DNA from: Geosiphon pyriformis uo1
Taxonomy: Eukaryota; Fungi; Glomeromycota
Direction: 5' to 3'
Length of the DNA stretch: 64,000 nucleotides
NCBI GenBank assembly: GCA_016748015.1
Contig: JAAOMT010000706.1
Span: 390,219 to 454,218 of the forward strand
Shown here: positions 25,952 to 39,471 of the stretch, in pieces
How the letters are laid out: each line of letters opens with the position of its first letter
How positions within the stretch are numbered: position 1 is the stretch's first letter
Notes under the pieces: generated by a model
What the model saw: only the letters and a program-made list of their open reading frames with translations
Databases searched by the model: none
Told to the model about the DNA's origin: nothing
Translations under genes and position numbers: made by a program

Positions 25952-26827
25952 GCAAAGTTCTTAAAATCTTAATAAATGGGTGACTTACTACTCAATCTTC
26001 GATCCAGCTCATTAACATCTACCTGACCGCTTTTTATTTTTCTTGCTAATGTTTCAAATGCTAATGACTTTGTTATCTCAGTCATGCGTCCACGGCCATC
26101 AGCACGAGAAACCAGATTTACCTGAAAGTCTTTAATATGTTAAGCGAGTAAGGATATTAGAGGAGAAACAAAAGAAGCATGGCATTTATGAATGTTTTCA
26201 AAATACCTGGAATATTTCGATTTACTTGCTCTGAAAATGTATTGCTGAGTGCCGTGACACACAGAGTGGGGATAAATTTGTCGCGAGCGAAAAAACGTTG
26301 CATGGCGATTTGGATGTGTGATTGAAGGAGGTGAGCGTTTAACTTGATATTGCCTAAAATATGTTGGAAAGGATTTGATCAAAATTGTCTTCGAACGAAT
26401 TAAAAAATATATGTTGGTCAATGAGGAAAAGCTGGAAGAACCTGTGAAAACACCACATACCTTCAGATTCATAAACGCTCAAAACCTTGATGCCCACACA
26501 CCATGCCCAACAGCACAATTGTCCAACCTCGTTCAATTCAACCTCTCCCAGAATCCCAGCTGGGGTAGCTTTCCCCCAAAAAATGACTGCCAAATGTTTT
26601 GGTATTTTATCTATGTGTTTCACGTCATCTCTCACTTTTCCCGAAGTCACCGAGTCACCGAAACGCTTTCGAAGAAAGACTATGGACAATGATATCCACG
26701 TAAATAGTTTGTAAATTCTGTAGCTTAAGTGTAGGAGTGTTAAAAGAATGGAGTATACATTGTTTGGGTTGCGATATGTATATACAATAATTGGACAAAG
26801 GAGAACGATGGTAGCTATGAAGAGCAT
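25627..26827 (-). CDS. NUS1: Dehydrodolichyl diphosphate synthase complex subunit NUS1/NgBR
   Basis: Spliced motifs KIPKHLAVI, LCCWAWCVGIKVLSVYESEG, LVSRADGR, EPQLLITF.PDIDLQGFPPWHIKYTEIF and C-terminal QRFGR* (RxG motif). First ATG at 26827. The last two exons are duplicated at about 23401-23677. Confidence 0.92.
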
Positions 26828-27434
26828 TGACTTTTGAACTCCTAATCGCGAGCCGGTAAGGACTGGCAAGGTAAAGAATCGAGAGGTAGATGAATTTGTC
26901 GTAGTTTGAACGATTAGATGCCGCAATTACACGTGTCAAAATTTTTGCAAATCTTTTTAATCAGGTAAAAGAAATAAGAGCATAAACTTTTTATTGAATA
27001 ATCAAATCCTCAGGGTTATTATTAGAACGAAAAAAGTTCGAGAGGTCTTTTTTTTTAAAATGTTTCTAGTTTCTTGTTTCATAGTTGAAAACAAGTTTTC
27101 CGAACTTTCAAATTCTTTTTTTTACTATAATCATTCTAAAAAGATTTTCAAATCATCAAATTTGATTTTTTGGGGATTTCATTATTCAAAGAATGATAAA
27201 CATTATTCTTAAAAACACATGCTTTCCCATGATTAAATAAATCCTTAAAATTTGAATAAAAAACAACAACAATAATAATAATTGATTTAGTTATCGAATT
27301 AATAGGTCAATAATAATATTCGGTTTTAATTAATTGATGATGAATTAATTTCTGATTTGACGTCATCATTAATTGTGTTACAGTGTTCGAAAATAAAAAA
27401 AATAGTCGGGGAAAACAACAACTTCATTCAATTA

Positions 27435-27958
27435 ATGATGGAGGTGCTTTATACTTTGCTTAATTTTCTATTTACTTTTGGCAAGTATTACTATTTTCTA
27501 TTTATGAAGTTCAATAGATCAATAATTTACACATATTTATCCTTATCATTATAAGCAATTCGTCTCCCCGATTCCATTTTGCTCTTCCTGGTTTCACATT
27601 ATGTTCACTACAACCTTCCAACTCTAATTCTCCCTCAAAGACAAAAAAATTTCAAGTCTCCACCATTGAGTTGTCCACCAACTCTCTACCAACGAATTAT
27701 TACCACATTTATAAAAACCGCCCAGGATTGTCTTTCCAATGAAGGACTTCGATATTTGTATCGTATCGGTGGATATTTCGACATGATGACTCATGGAATT
27801 TTTCAGGCGGAAGGAAAGTGGTATAGAAGCATTAAAGACGATTCCGCCGGATATAGACTATATTTAATTGCGGAGAATGCGAAGTATGAGAGTGTGGGTG
27901 GGGATAATGTTGATTTTATAATTTTATATACGCATGGTGATTATTTATCTAATTTTTG

Positions 27959-28012
<54 letters not shown>

Positions 28013-28905
28013 GGTGTTATTTATAATGCCGATCTTTGATTAGCTTACTTGATATACCATGCTCTAAATGTTTATGAAAATATTCAGGTGGGGGCTTTCG
28101 TTTGGGGCATCCATTAATTCCGTTGGCAGCATTTGTAGAATGGTTGAAAATATGGAAAAGGAATCATAATGTTAATGTTCAAATCTTGTCTTTAGAATAT
28201 CGTAAGTTTTCCATGAGTTAGAAATAAATTCAAAAATCTCAATAATTATTCACTTTTTTCACAGCACTTGCACCAGAATATCCATATCCTGCCGCAAGAG
28301 ATCATGTGATCGATTGTTACGAATGGTTAATCCGTGACCGAGGTCTTGACCCCTCAAAGATTGCATTCGCGGGTGATAGCGCCGGCGGAAATCTCGCAGC
28401 TGTAACCACATTAGAAATGATCAAACGTCGAAAAAATTCAAATCCCCTACCACTCCCTGCCGCTCTTCTCCTCATTTCACCTCTAGTCCACACAGCAACC
28501 AGTGCCAATTCATACAATTTCAACGAAGCGAACGATATAATCAGTCTCGATTGGATGGATGGATGTGCGGATGCTTATGCTGAGGGTACAAAGATCTCTC
28601 ATGAATCACCAGAAATTTCTCCTTTATTGGAACCGGATCTTAGTGAAATCCCGAGATTTTATGCATGTGTCGGAGAATATGAAGTGATGCGAGACGATGT
28701 GATAGCTTTTGTAAAGAAAGCTAGATCCCAAGGTGTGGAGGTGGTGTTAAATGTGGAAAACGCGAATTTTCATAATTTTGCTGTCGCCTGGTCAATTTCA
28801 AGGAATGGAGCTTATGAAAGAACTGCATTGAATATGGGAAAGTTTTTGTTTGAAATCCCTTCTAAAAAATTATATTGTGTTGTAGAAGGTCAGATCGGTC
28901 AATAA
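27435..28905 (+). CDS. Alpha/beta hydrolase, hormone-sensitive-lipase (Abhydrolase_3) family esterase/lipase
   Basis: Four exons. Motifs YTH|GGAF, LEY|PLAPEYPYPAA, GDSAGG nucleophile elbow, LISP, GEYEVMRDD and FHNF. Confidence 0.92.
27960..28012. repeat. (ATT)n microsatellite in an intron of the hydrolase
   Basis: Directly visible. Confidence 0.95.
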
Positions 28906-29319
28906 TGAACCCAGAAGTCTATTCGGAAATGTCCTCATGATTAGTAAAATGATCAAATAGTGAAATCGACCTAAATTTATTTGGCATTACATGATGCTAT
29001 TACTAATAATAAATGGGACACAAATAATTTTTCGAACAAGTAATATTTTTAAATTCATCTTTTACAGATGAATGAATCTTTGGTTTTGAAAATATTCTTG
29101 ATATTAAAAAAAATTTCTATATCAAAATAGACAAAAACCATTATTTCTAATGTCACGTGTTCACAAAAGTACTTTGTTGACTCTTGATTAATCAAATCAA
29201 ATAAGGATAATCTGAATCAAAGGCCATCGCATCTTCAAAATTTCCCACCAATCAAACTCAATGGGAAGTTTCATAAATAAAGTCGAGATGGAAACTTACC
29301 TGGAACACTCTTACAAGCC

Positions 29320-32300
29320 ATGACTATCAAAACGTCTAAAAAAATTCCAAGTTTTCCTACGCATGGCTTACTTCCCAAAGAGGTATCCCCTCTCATATGT
29401 AACAACAGTTTGGCGGATTTCTCCAAGAATTCAGCATCGTTGACTTTTCTTGGATCGTCTTGATTTTTTATTTTTAGGAAACAGAAGCTGCTGCATTTAT
29501 AAAAAAATACCCGGAATATGATGGTCGTAACATTGTCGTTGCCATTCTTGACACGGGAGTCGACCCCGGCGCTGCTGGTTTACAGGTATGGGTAGGGAAA
29601 AATTGAATCCCGAAGTGTATGATTTCTTTGTCTCATTGTTTTCCCCTTGTTTCCAATATTCTTTCAACCACTTAATGTTTGCAATCAAATTCTTTTTTCA
29701 GGTTACGACCGAAGGCAAACCTAAAATAATCGATATAGTTGATTGTACGGGCTCTGGTAAATCTCAATTTTCTACTCGAAATAATGTTTTTTCCATATCT
29801 CTCAATTTTACTCACACATCACATAACTTTATAGGTGATGTGATTATGAAAACCATTGTGAAGCCAACCATCAAAGAAGATTCTAATTTACACGTAATTC
29901 AAGGATTATCCGGACGTTCGTTGATCGTTAATCCTGATTGGTCAAATCCTTCCGGTGAATTTCGTGTTGGGATCAAACGAGCTTACGAAATTTTCCCGAA
30001 AAGTTTGTTGAATCGGCTTCAACAGGTACTCTACTTTTTAAATTAGTTTTATTATTATTATTTGGAAAATTTTGCTTAATAACCTAATTCAACACTATTT
30101 AATCAACTTTGGATATTCCCAACAGGAGCAACATGAAAAAATCAAAACCGAAAATCATAAATTTCAAACACAAGTACAGAAGCAATTATTGGCATGGGAA
30201 GAATTACATCCTAAGGATTCGACTCCTTCCGAAACTGAGGCTCAAACTAAAATCGATTTAGAAGCTCGATCTGAAATACTTAAAGATCTCCTCAAAAAAT
30301 ATGAAGCTCCCGGTCCAATTTTGGATATTGTCGCCTTTTTCGACGGTACGGATTGGAGAGTTGTCGTGGACGTCAACGAATCTGGAGATTTAAGAGGTGA
30401 TTGCTTAATTCTCCCTAGCTTTAGGATATGCATCAAATTGCAAATTCAGGGTAAATTATCAACTCTAAAATCGCTATTTTTTTTCCCTTAGATGAACCTC
30501 TCTTGACAGATTATCGTAAGGAACATAAATACGATACGTTTAGTCAAGAAGATTTGCTAAATTTTTGCGTCAATATTTATGAAGATGGCGAGGTCGTTAG
30601 GTAAGATTTTTTTGATTGTGGTTTCATTCAATCAATCTTTCGAATAGTAATTTATTAATCTCCCCGCTTTGCTCACATATCAATCGATCAGCATTGTAAG
30701 CGCATGTGGTAGTCATGGAACTCATGTTGCTGCTATCACGGCGGCTTATCATCCAGAAGAGCCAGAATTGAATGGGGTAATTTTTTGACTTTTCTTTCTG
30801 AAAAAACTAGAAAAAAACAAAATAGATAATTAATTAATTAATTAATTAACCGCCTTACTCCAATCTTATATTATTAAAGGTGGCGCCAGGTGCACAGGTT
30901 GGCCAATCGAAATTCTTTCTACTCAATTTCTTCAATTCAAACATGGCTAATTTCAATATTATCTCATTTCCATTAATTTCTAGATCATCTCTCTACAAAT
31001 TGGAGATAGTCGATTAGGGACTATGGAAACTGGTGCCGCAATTGCTCGTGCCGCAATAGCACTGGTCAATACTCGGGTTGATATCGCAAATATGAGTTTT
31101 GGTGAAGCTGTGGCCATTCCGAACGCTGGTTATTTTATCGAATTGCTTCGTGATGAGGTGATCAATAAATATGGATGTATCTTTTTAAGTAGTGCCGGAA
31201 ACAATGGTCCGGCTTTAACAACTGTAGGTTCACCTGGAGGAACATCGAATGGTATGTACTTGTTTAAGATTTTATTGTTTGATTTACGATTCTGAATTGA
31301 CTTTAGATATGTTATTTCACATTTGATGATTAAATCTCGAGATTTTTTTAGGGGTCATTGGTGTTGGGGCATATGTTAGTCATGCGATGATTCAAGCAGA
31401 ATATGCTTTGCTTGAATCCGTACCAGAACGTCCTTTCACATGGACTTCTCGTGGACCAACCACCGATGGGGATGTAGGGATTGACATATACGCTCCTGGC
31501 GGGTAATTTTTTGTTTATTCTTGAGAAGGAAATTTATCTTTTCATAGATCAACCACTGTTATCTCAAATTTTTTTTTAAAAAACCTAGAGCTATCACCTC
31601 AGTTCCTCCCTATTCGCTTCAAAAAACTCGATTAATGAATGGGACTTCCATGTAATGTTCGAATAGATCATTCAGTTAGAGTTTTTATGCGATTCTGATT
31701 TTTGGCTTTCAATCTTTTGGTGATTTCGTCTGAAAGGTCTTCGCCAAACGCATGCGGTTGTGTAACACTCCTTCTCTCGGGCTTGAAAGCGGAAAATAAA
31801 AAATATACTCCTTATCGAATTAAAAATGCAATTGTAAATAGTGCTAAATCCATTGACGATCCGTTCGGTGTCGGTTTCATACAAGTAGATAAAGCCTGGA
31901 ATTTCTTGCAAAGTCATTATGATCGGTCAGAACAAGATTTATCCTTTGAGGTTCGTCTCCCTCTCATTATAAATTTCGGGAAATTTTTATAAATCTTGGT
32001 TAGAATGAGATTGATTGATCAGTAAATCATTTTCTCTTTAGGTTAAAATTCTCGCAAGTCCTCGAAACAAACGTGGAATTTATTTACGTGAAGCCGATGA
32101 AACCTCAAGTGTCCAAATATTTAATGTAGAGATAGAACCGAAATTCATGGAACCGATTGATCCTACTTCTGGAGATAACAATTCTCAAAAATATGAATTT
32201 GAAAGCCGTGTTGCACTGATCACAACCGAGAACTGGGTCCGATCTCCTGATTTTCTGTTGTTTGGAAGTCCAGGTAAGATTTTATCAATTTTTTTTTATA

Positions 32301-34810
32301 AAAAGGGCTTATATCAATTGTCATTTAATGTGTCAATTTCTTCTAACCACTCTAACTGATAAGGACGAAGCTTCCAAATTAAAGTGGACCCTTCTCAGCT
32401 ATCCCCTGGCAAATTATATTATGCCGAAGTGCAGGTAGGCCAAAAAATTCTGCAGAATCTAACCTTTGACCATCAATGCTAAAGTTTTAATTCTTAGGGT
32501 TATGATACAAGCACCTCATCTCCAGTCCCGCTATTTAAAGTACCGGTGACCATTACCAAACCGTTAACGTTGACTAATGGTAGCAAACTTTCTCTTGGTA
32601 CATTGTCTTTTGGACCTGGGCATATTGAGAGGCACTTTGTAAAGGTTCCCCAGGGTGCCACTTTTGCAGGTATTCTTTCGCATTTTCTGCTAAACTTTGT
32701 ATTTAGCCAAGCAAAAATGAATAAACTTATTGATTCCCCCCACAAAAGATATCATCATCAAATCTTCTGCAACTCACGCTACTGATCCTGCTCGCCTCTT
32801 GCTTCACATGATTCAACTCTTACCACAAACTCGGTACTCAAAAAACCAGCATGCGTACGTCTTTTCCTTGGGAAAAGGTAGTTATGGCGATTTAAACGGG
32901 GAAGAACAAATCGAACAAAGATCTATTGCAGTTCGTGGTGGTGTAACTCTTGAGGTCCGTGTTTAATTTACCAAAAGACCCAAAATTGGTCTTTTCATTT
33001 TTAACCTTATCAAATATCTAGATTTGTCTTGCCCAATTTTGGTCTAGTCCTGGCAATCATACAATCTCCTTCGAAATTACTTTCCATGGAATTCAACTTG
33101 CGAATAATACCACAAATGCAGATAATATTGTATACATCAATGGAAATAATGCCTTCACTCGTCTGAATATCGTTGCTCCAGTGCGAAGGGAGGATGAGAT
33201 TAATCCTTTGATAAGTTTTCGTATGTGTATTTATTAGCTCTTTTATGACTTTCAAGGTGTTAATTTACCTATAATTGATTAAAATAATAACTTTTTCATA
33301 TTATTAGATGCAATTCGTAAATTTCTTCGTCCAGTCGAACATATCTTAAAACCTCTTAGTCCAGAACGAGATACCTTGCCTAACTCGAGGCAAATTTATG
33401 GACTTCAACTTACTTACACATTTAAAGTAAATGAAAAAAATACGAGCGTGACACCAATATTTACCGCGTTTTTCGACTATCTCTACGACGCCTATTTTCA
33501 AGATTTTTTCGCCATTAGTAAGTCTTATGAACTGTGTGATTCAGCACCCTTATTAATTAATAAGCTATACGTTCTTCTCAGTATTCGATGCGAACCAGAG
33601 GCCACTCGGTTACTTGGATATATACGCAAAGAATTTTAAACTGGAGGCGAAAGGAGACTACACAATTCGTGTACAAATCAGGCATGATTCTCAGGAACTT
33701 TTAGAAAAATTCATTAGCACCATCTGCTTGTTGGAAATTACTCTCACAAAAACAAAGGTAACCCTGGATATCTTTGCTCAAATCTCGGACGTTTACGCTT
33801 CAAAAAAATCAGTCTTTGGCCGAAGTTTCCTTGAAAAAGGTGAACAAAAAGCCTTGTTTGTTGCGTCTCCAACCGACCACAGCGTATTTCCAAAAGAAGC
33901 GGAGGTTGGCGATCTTTTGGTTGGCAACTTGAATCTTGTGAGCACATTGAAAATTGACGGTGGTCAATTGAAAGTACTCTTTGTTATTCCACTTCCCCCG
34001 GTCAAAAGCAAAGAGTCCACACCAGTCGACAAAATCAAAGAAGTCTCCTCAGGATCTAAAAGCGAGGAAATAATATCTCAAGAGTTATCCGACTCAATCC
34101 GCGATACTCAGATCACTTATCTCTCCAAATTCCCGGCGGAATCTATAGCTCGTAAAGAATTATTCGAGGAGCTCGAGAAGAATTACCCATCCCATTTACC
34201 TTTGTTGCAGACAAAATTAGAATTGCTGCTTGAAACATCCAACGGCAACTTGACACCTGAAGTTGCTCAAGAAGTGGTTGAAGTTGCTGAACAAATTCTC
34301 AACAATATAGACTTGAATGAATTATCTACATATTATGGTCTCAAACAAGAATTGACCAATGAGACGGCTAAAAAAAGGAAGAAGGAAGCCGATGAAAAAA
34401 AGAAGGCTATTGTGATTGCATTGCGATCCAAGGCACAAGCCTTGGCAGTTCTGGCCCAACAAACTGGGACCAATAGCAGCAGTATCGATGATTTAGCTGT
34501 GCAATTCGAACAAACCTATCAATCACTCATACAATGGGTTGATATCAATCTACCGACTACAGACTACAAAACCTTACTCGTATACTTGATTCGCGAACGT
34601 CAAGCACAGCGTTACGGCAATGCGATCAAGGCAATTAACCAATTCCTTGCGGAACTACCACTCACTAAAGAAAATTTAAAAGATACAAATAAAGCCACAT
34701 CTTTTCAACTTGAGTTATTAAAAGACTTAGGGTGGAGCGTTTGGGTAACACATGAAGAAAAATGGAAATTGATTCGTGCACCACCTGGTGGTTGCTCTCC
34801 TTTTTATTAG
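29320..34810 (+). CDS. TPP2: Tripeptidyl-peptidase II (subtilase S8), highly multi-exon
   Basis: N-terminal [10 protein letters not shown]|[13 protein letters not shown]. Catalytic motifs [29 protein letters not shown] and MNGTSM|SSPN, followed by the TPPII central and helical C-terminal regions. Confidence 0.97.
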
Positions 34811-35030
34811 ATTGCGCATATTTAGGTGGTTCTACTTCGTCTCTCCTGCCTATTTATGAGCTACTTTTTAGAATTTTTTCAAGTTAACCTGAATACTATA
34901 TTTTTCGCTCGAGTTGTATGTAAAATAAATGAAATGAATAAATATTTATTAAGATAGAGTCAAGATAAAAAATGAAGGATCTTTCGGCATGTATGACGAG
35001 ATGATCATCTAGTGAAGATAAATAAAAATT

Positions 35031-35993
35031 TTAATCCTGTGAACCTTGGCCAAGTTGTTCAAAATATTGAACTTTCCCTCGAATTCCGGGACATATCATC
35101 GATGCGGTGGTCGCATCGGTCTTTAGTAGACCAACCTCGTCAAGCAAATAGGATAAAGAGGGACGGTGTGTTAGAGAGTTTGCCAGTGAGATATTCTGAA
35201 AAGACTTCAACAAAAGCAATTGCAAAGGCAATAATGATGGATAGATTGACGAAGGTTTTGTTATATGTTGAGCTATGATGAACAGATGACAATATATGTG
35301 AGGAGAGGGTAAATTGTTAATCATCAATTTCCAGGTTAGGGATAGAATTAATTTGTAAACGAGACTCGTTTAATAGTTATTGATCCAAACTGACAGAGGT
35401 GCACTAAACAATTTTTACTCACTTTTCATAACCCCACATCGTCTCATGTCCTCCAGACTTGGGCGATTTTGCAACTTTCGCGATAGTTTATCCCGCTGCA
35501 AGGCGGTTTTCAACGCTTTCATTATGGGTATCAATGCGGGGGCGAGAAAAACCTTGGGACGTTCAATGATTTCCTCACTGACAGCAACACGCGACAACTG
35601 TCCCATATTCATTTCTGTTTCAGTCCAAGACGACGTAGGAGGGCGATAAAGCGCGCAGATAATCTCTTGGGGGACCAAGTTCCTATCCAACAAAACGCGT
35701 AAACCAGGACGACACTGAAGACGACGTGACAACGAGTTCCTGAGGAAACTACGTCCTATGCGACATTGGGCTTCATAAGCACGAACAAGTTGCACGTGGT
35801 TAATATATCGTCCTTGACGAATTTTTTCCGGCAACGATAACCCACGTAGAATGTTTTGCACAGCAAGTTTTTCGCGGGTGGGGCGTTGTGCCAATGAAAG
35901 ACGAGTTTCAAGACGAAATGCGTTTTGGGTGAGTCTGTAACGGTGAAGCAGTGCATCCTGACAGAGATGGTGTAGTTTTTTGGAGGTTTTCAT
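35031..35993 (-). CDS. RPEL-repeat protein (putative G-actin binding), two exons
   Basis: Three RPEL-like motifs: LAQRPTREKLAVQNIL, LSRRLQCRPGLRVLLDRNLV and LSRKLQNRPSLEDMRRCGVM. Intron 35422-35273 (GTGAGT...TAG) joins ORF 35031-35327 in frame. Confidence 0.8.
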
Positions 35994-37926
35994 GAGGCAA
36001 GGTAAATCTGTATCGTCAACAAACTATCAAGTCAGACAGGAAAAAACTAATGATTCAGTAAACGTAAAGCTTTTTCAAAGGAGCTTTTTTAAAAACTCTT
36101 CAGTTTTAACCTGCAAAATTCTGAATGAGAGTTCTTGAGGTAACCACTCCATTGTGCTTCGCAAGACTGAGCTTTGACCCAAGAACTCTATGTAATAGGA
36201 AGTTCAGTTCTCTTGGCAAGCCAGAAGGAACGTCAGGGTGAGAGGCAATTAGTGGTCTTGGGACCAGAAAAATCTAGAATATATCTTTACTCATGGTGTC
36301 ATATCACGATAAATTTAGAATGCAATTTAGATCCAAAGAGTTACGACCGTGGGTTGGATTTTAAAAATAAAACAATTTTTATTTTGGCCAAAAATTGATT
36401 TTTAACAAAATAAAGTGGTTACATACTTTTTTAATAATCTTTAAATTTATTGAATTATTTTATAATGCTATAAATGTAAATAAGCTTTTACAAATTTTTT
36501 CTTTTAATTACTTTTTTATTATTTATTAAAAAAAATTAAAACTATAATATATATATATTTGTAATAAATAAATTACATTAATTTTTTTTGTTTTTTATAA
36601 TAATTAATAATTAAATAGTATTATTAAAAAGTTTTTTTATTGTTTATATTATTGATAATACAAATAAAAATAATCAATTTTATTTAGATTTTGTTATTAA
36701 TATTTAATTAAATTGACTATAATATAAATTGTTTGTGATTTTAAAAAAATAATTAATTATTTAAAACATTTTCAATATATATTTATTAAAAGCAATTTGC
36801 ATATTATTACTAAAACATATTTTAAATGTTTAACTACTAAATATTATTTTTAAAAAGCTATTATAATTATATAATCAAAAAATAAGTTAAAATTTATAAG
36901 CTGTATTGGTTTAAAAAACTTGTTTATTTTTATTTAAATATTAATATATACAATTATAAAATTTGAAGCTATATAATACAAAAAAACAATTTAAGTTAAT
37001 TTTATTATGTTTATTAAAAGTAATATTAATGCTTATTTATATAATAACTTACAAAAAATAAAAATAATTAAAAAAAGTTTTTTTACAGATTTTGTTAAGT
37101 TATTTTTTATAAATTATTAATAATATAAAATTAAAATAAATAATATTAAAATATTGTATAAAAATATTATTTAATTTGTTTTATATAAACATATAATTTT
37201 AATAGTTTTTATTAATGTTTTAAAACCTAAAAGTTTGATTTTTTTGTGATATTTTTAATTAATTTTTGTTTAATAATTATAGTAATTAATAAAAGTATTG
37301 TTATTTGTAAAATTTTTAATAAATAATATTTTAAAAGTTATTAAAAAAATTAAGTAAAATTAAGCAAATATAAAATTATTTATTTTTGTTTTTAAAAAAA
37401 CCAGTTTTAAAAACTTTAATTTTAATTATTATTTGAATCAAAAATACTTTATTTAATAAAATATATTTATTTTAAGTATTAAACTTTTAAAATTATTAAT
37501 TAATATTAACAAAATTTTATTTTAAAAAGTCTTAATAAATATGAATTTTAACAAACTTTTATATATATATTTTTATTAATTTATTTAATAAATACAGTCT
37601 AATTACTATCTAACATACAAAAATAAATTAAGTATAACTTATATGTTTACTATATACAGTGTATTGCAAAAAAAATTGGACAAAAATGCATATTACAAAC
37701 CTTGATATAGTTTAATCAATTTTAGTTAATTTGTAATAGTTGAATTAGGAAGTAAATGCTAAAATAAATGACTAAATTTGATGATTTTTTTTTGTGTATT
37801 TTATTAATAATTTTTTAGAAATTTTCTTGCACAATATTATTTTCTAAGCAAGAAACACAGCACCAAACCATATTATATTTTTGGAATAAAGAAATATAAG
37901 ACACAACTAAAATAAAACAGCAAATA

Positions 37927-39471
37927 TCTTAAACTCCCGTGAATAAGCAACCCCCTACATTATCGATTTTGGATCGATTTTTTAGGATGGTTGCTTATTC
38001 ACGAGACTTTTTGAATACTTAATGCCTATTGGTCTAATGGTTAAATTATTCACTGTGCATATATCTATTACGAATTTCAATCGCGTTACTAATTTATTGA
38101 CCATCTGGTTGAGCCATTTTGTTGGTATTAGAAGCTGATATTTCGATTATTATAAATGTGGTGAAATAGATACTTGTGTGAAATGCAACAACACAAAAAT
38201 AATACCTTTGGATGAGGCATGATTTCGAGCAGTATATACTGTAGCACTTGTAATGTTGATCTTAAGAAACTTGGGTTCATTGTAGCAAAAATTATCAAGT
38301 CGAGTTTCGAATTGGAAATTGGATACTATTATTATGAGACTCAGAATCTTAACAAATTTCTATTTGATCAATATACTATATTAATTCCAAAGGATTTCTC
38401 ATTTGTGATCACGTAAGCTCTTTGTATCCTAAACATGTGATTTGACGTATTCGTCTAATTTTTGGCACTTGTTCCCATTAAATTACTGTAGCGGAATTAT
38501 CAAGAAGAATTTCGACTGCTTTAGTGCCATTAGGCAACGATTTGAATGAAAAAATCATCGAATTTCAAAGATTTATAATCCGATCTCGACTAGCATACCA
38601 GTATAATCTTTCTCAAATAGTCAATATGGATGAAACTCCCATTTATTTTGACATGGCAGGTTCTACTACAATCAATGTAAAAGGAGCCAAAACTATTCAA
38701 ATTCGAACAACTGGTAATAACAAAAATCAGTTTACTTGTGTCTTGGCTATAACAGCAGATGGCGGCAAACTCCCTCCTATGATAATTTTCAAAGTGTACA
38801 AACTCCTCCTAATCTTCCCAAAGGCGTTGTCATATATATGCATGAAAAAGCTTGGATGGATGAACATTTGATGTGTGAATAGATAGATCAAATTTGGAAC
38901 AAACGTCCTGGAATATCAACAGCATCCAAACCTACCTCTTTACTTGTTATGGATTCATTTGAAGAGCACAAAACTGAATCAGTACGCCAAAAATGCAATG
39001 TTAATAATACTCATGTGGCAATTATTCCTGGCGGTTTAACATCAATTATTCAACCTTTGGATGTATGTATAAACAAACCATTTAAAGACAGATTGAGAGA
39101 AAAATGGCGATTATGGATGAGTCATAGAGATTTTCAATTGACTAAAGGTGGAAATTCCAAAAAACCACAATATAATTTGATTTGCCAGTGGATTTTAGAG
39201 ATATGGAAATATATTCCTTTAAAAAATGTGGAATTTTTAATGAATTAGATGGAACTGAGGATGATTTATTATATAGTTCTGATACAGAAATTAGTAATCA
39301 AATTAATGATTTAAATGAAATAGTAAATGAAGATAATATTTTTACTAAAGAATTAGAATTAGATAAATAAATAAAAATTTATTTTGGTATATATAAATGG
39401 GTTACTTATTTAACTTTTTTAAGACTTTTGGACTTAAAAAGGGAAGGTTGCTTATTCACAGGAGTTTACGG
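37927..39471 (+). mobile_element. pogo/Tigger-family DNA transposon inserted into the Tc1 element
   Basis: TIRs (T/C)C(T/G)TAAACTCC(C/T)GTGAATAAGCAACC are flanked by TA. An internal inverted copy of the TIR core lies at about 37989-38004. Confidence 0.88.
38524..39370 (+). pseudogene. pogo-type DDE_1 transposase, frameshifted
   Basis: NMDETP, ADGGKLPPMIIFK, LLVMDSFEEH and IIPGGLTSIIQPLDVCINKPFK are split over several frames, with a TAG stop at about 38880. Confidence 0.9.

Noticed and set aside
25627-28905. NUS1 plus lipase as a lipid-metabolism gene cluster
   Set aside because: These are two unrelated housekeeping-type genes, and adjacency alone is not evidence.
29383-29477. Possible U12-type intron in TPP2 (donor GTATCCCC)
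   Set aside because: The donor deviates from GTATCCTT and there is no CCTTAAC-type branch site near the acceptor.
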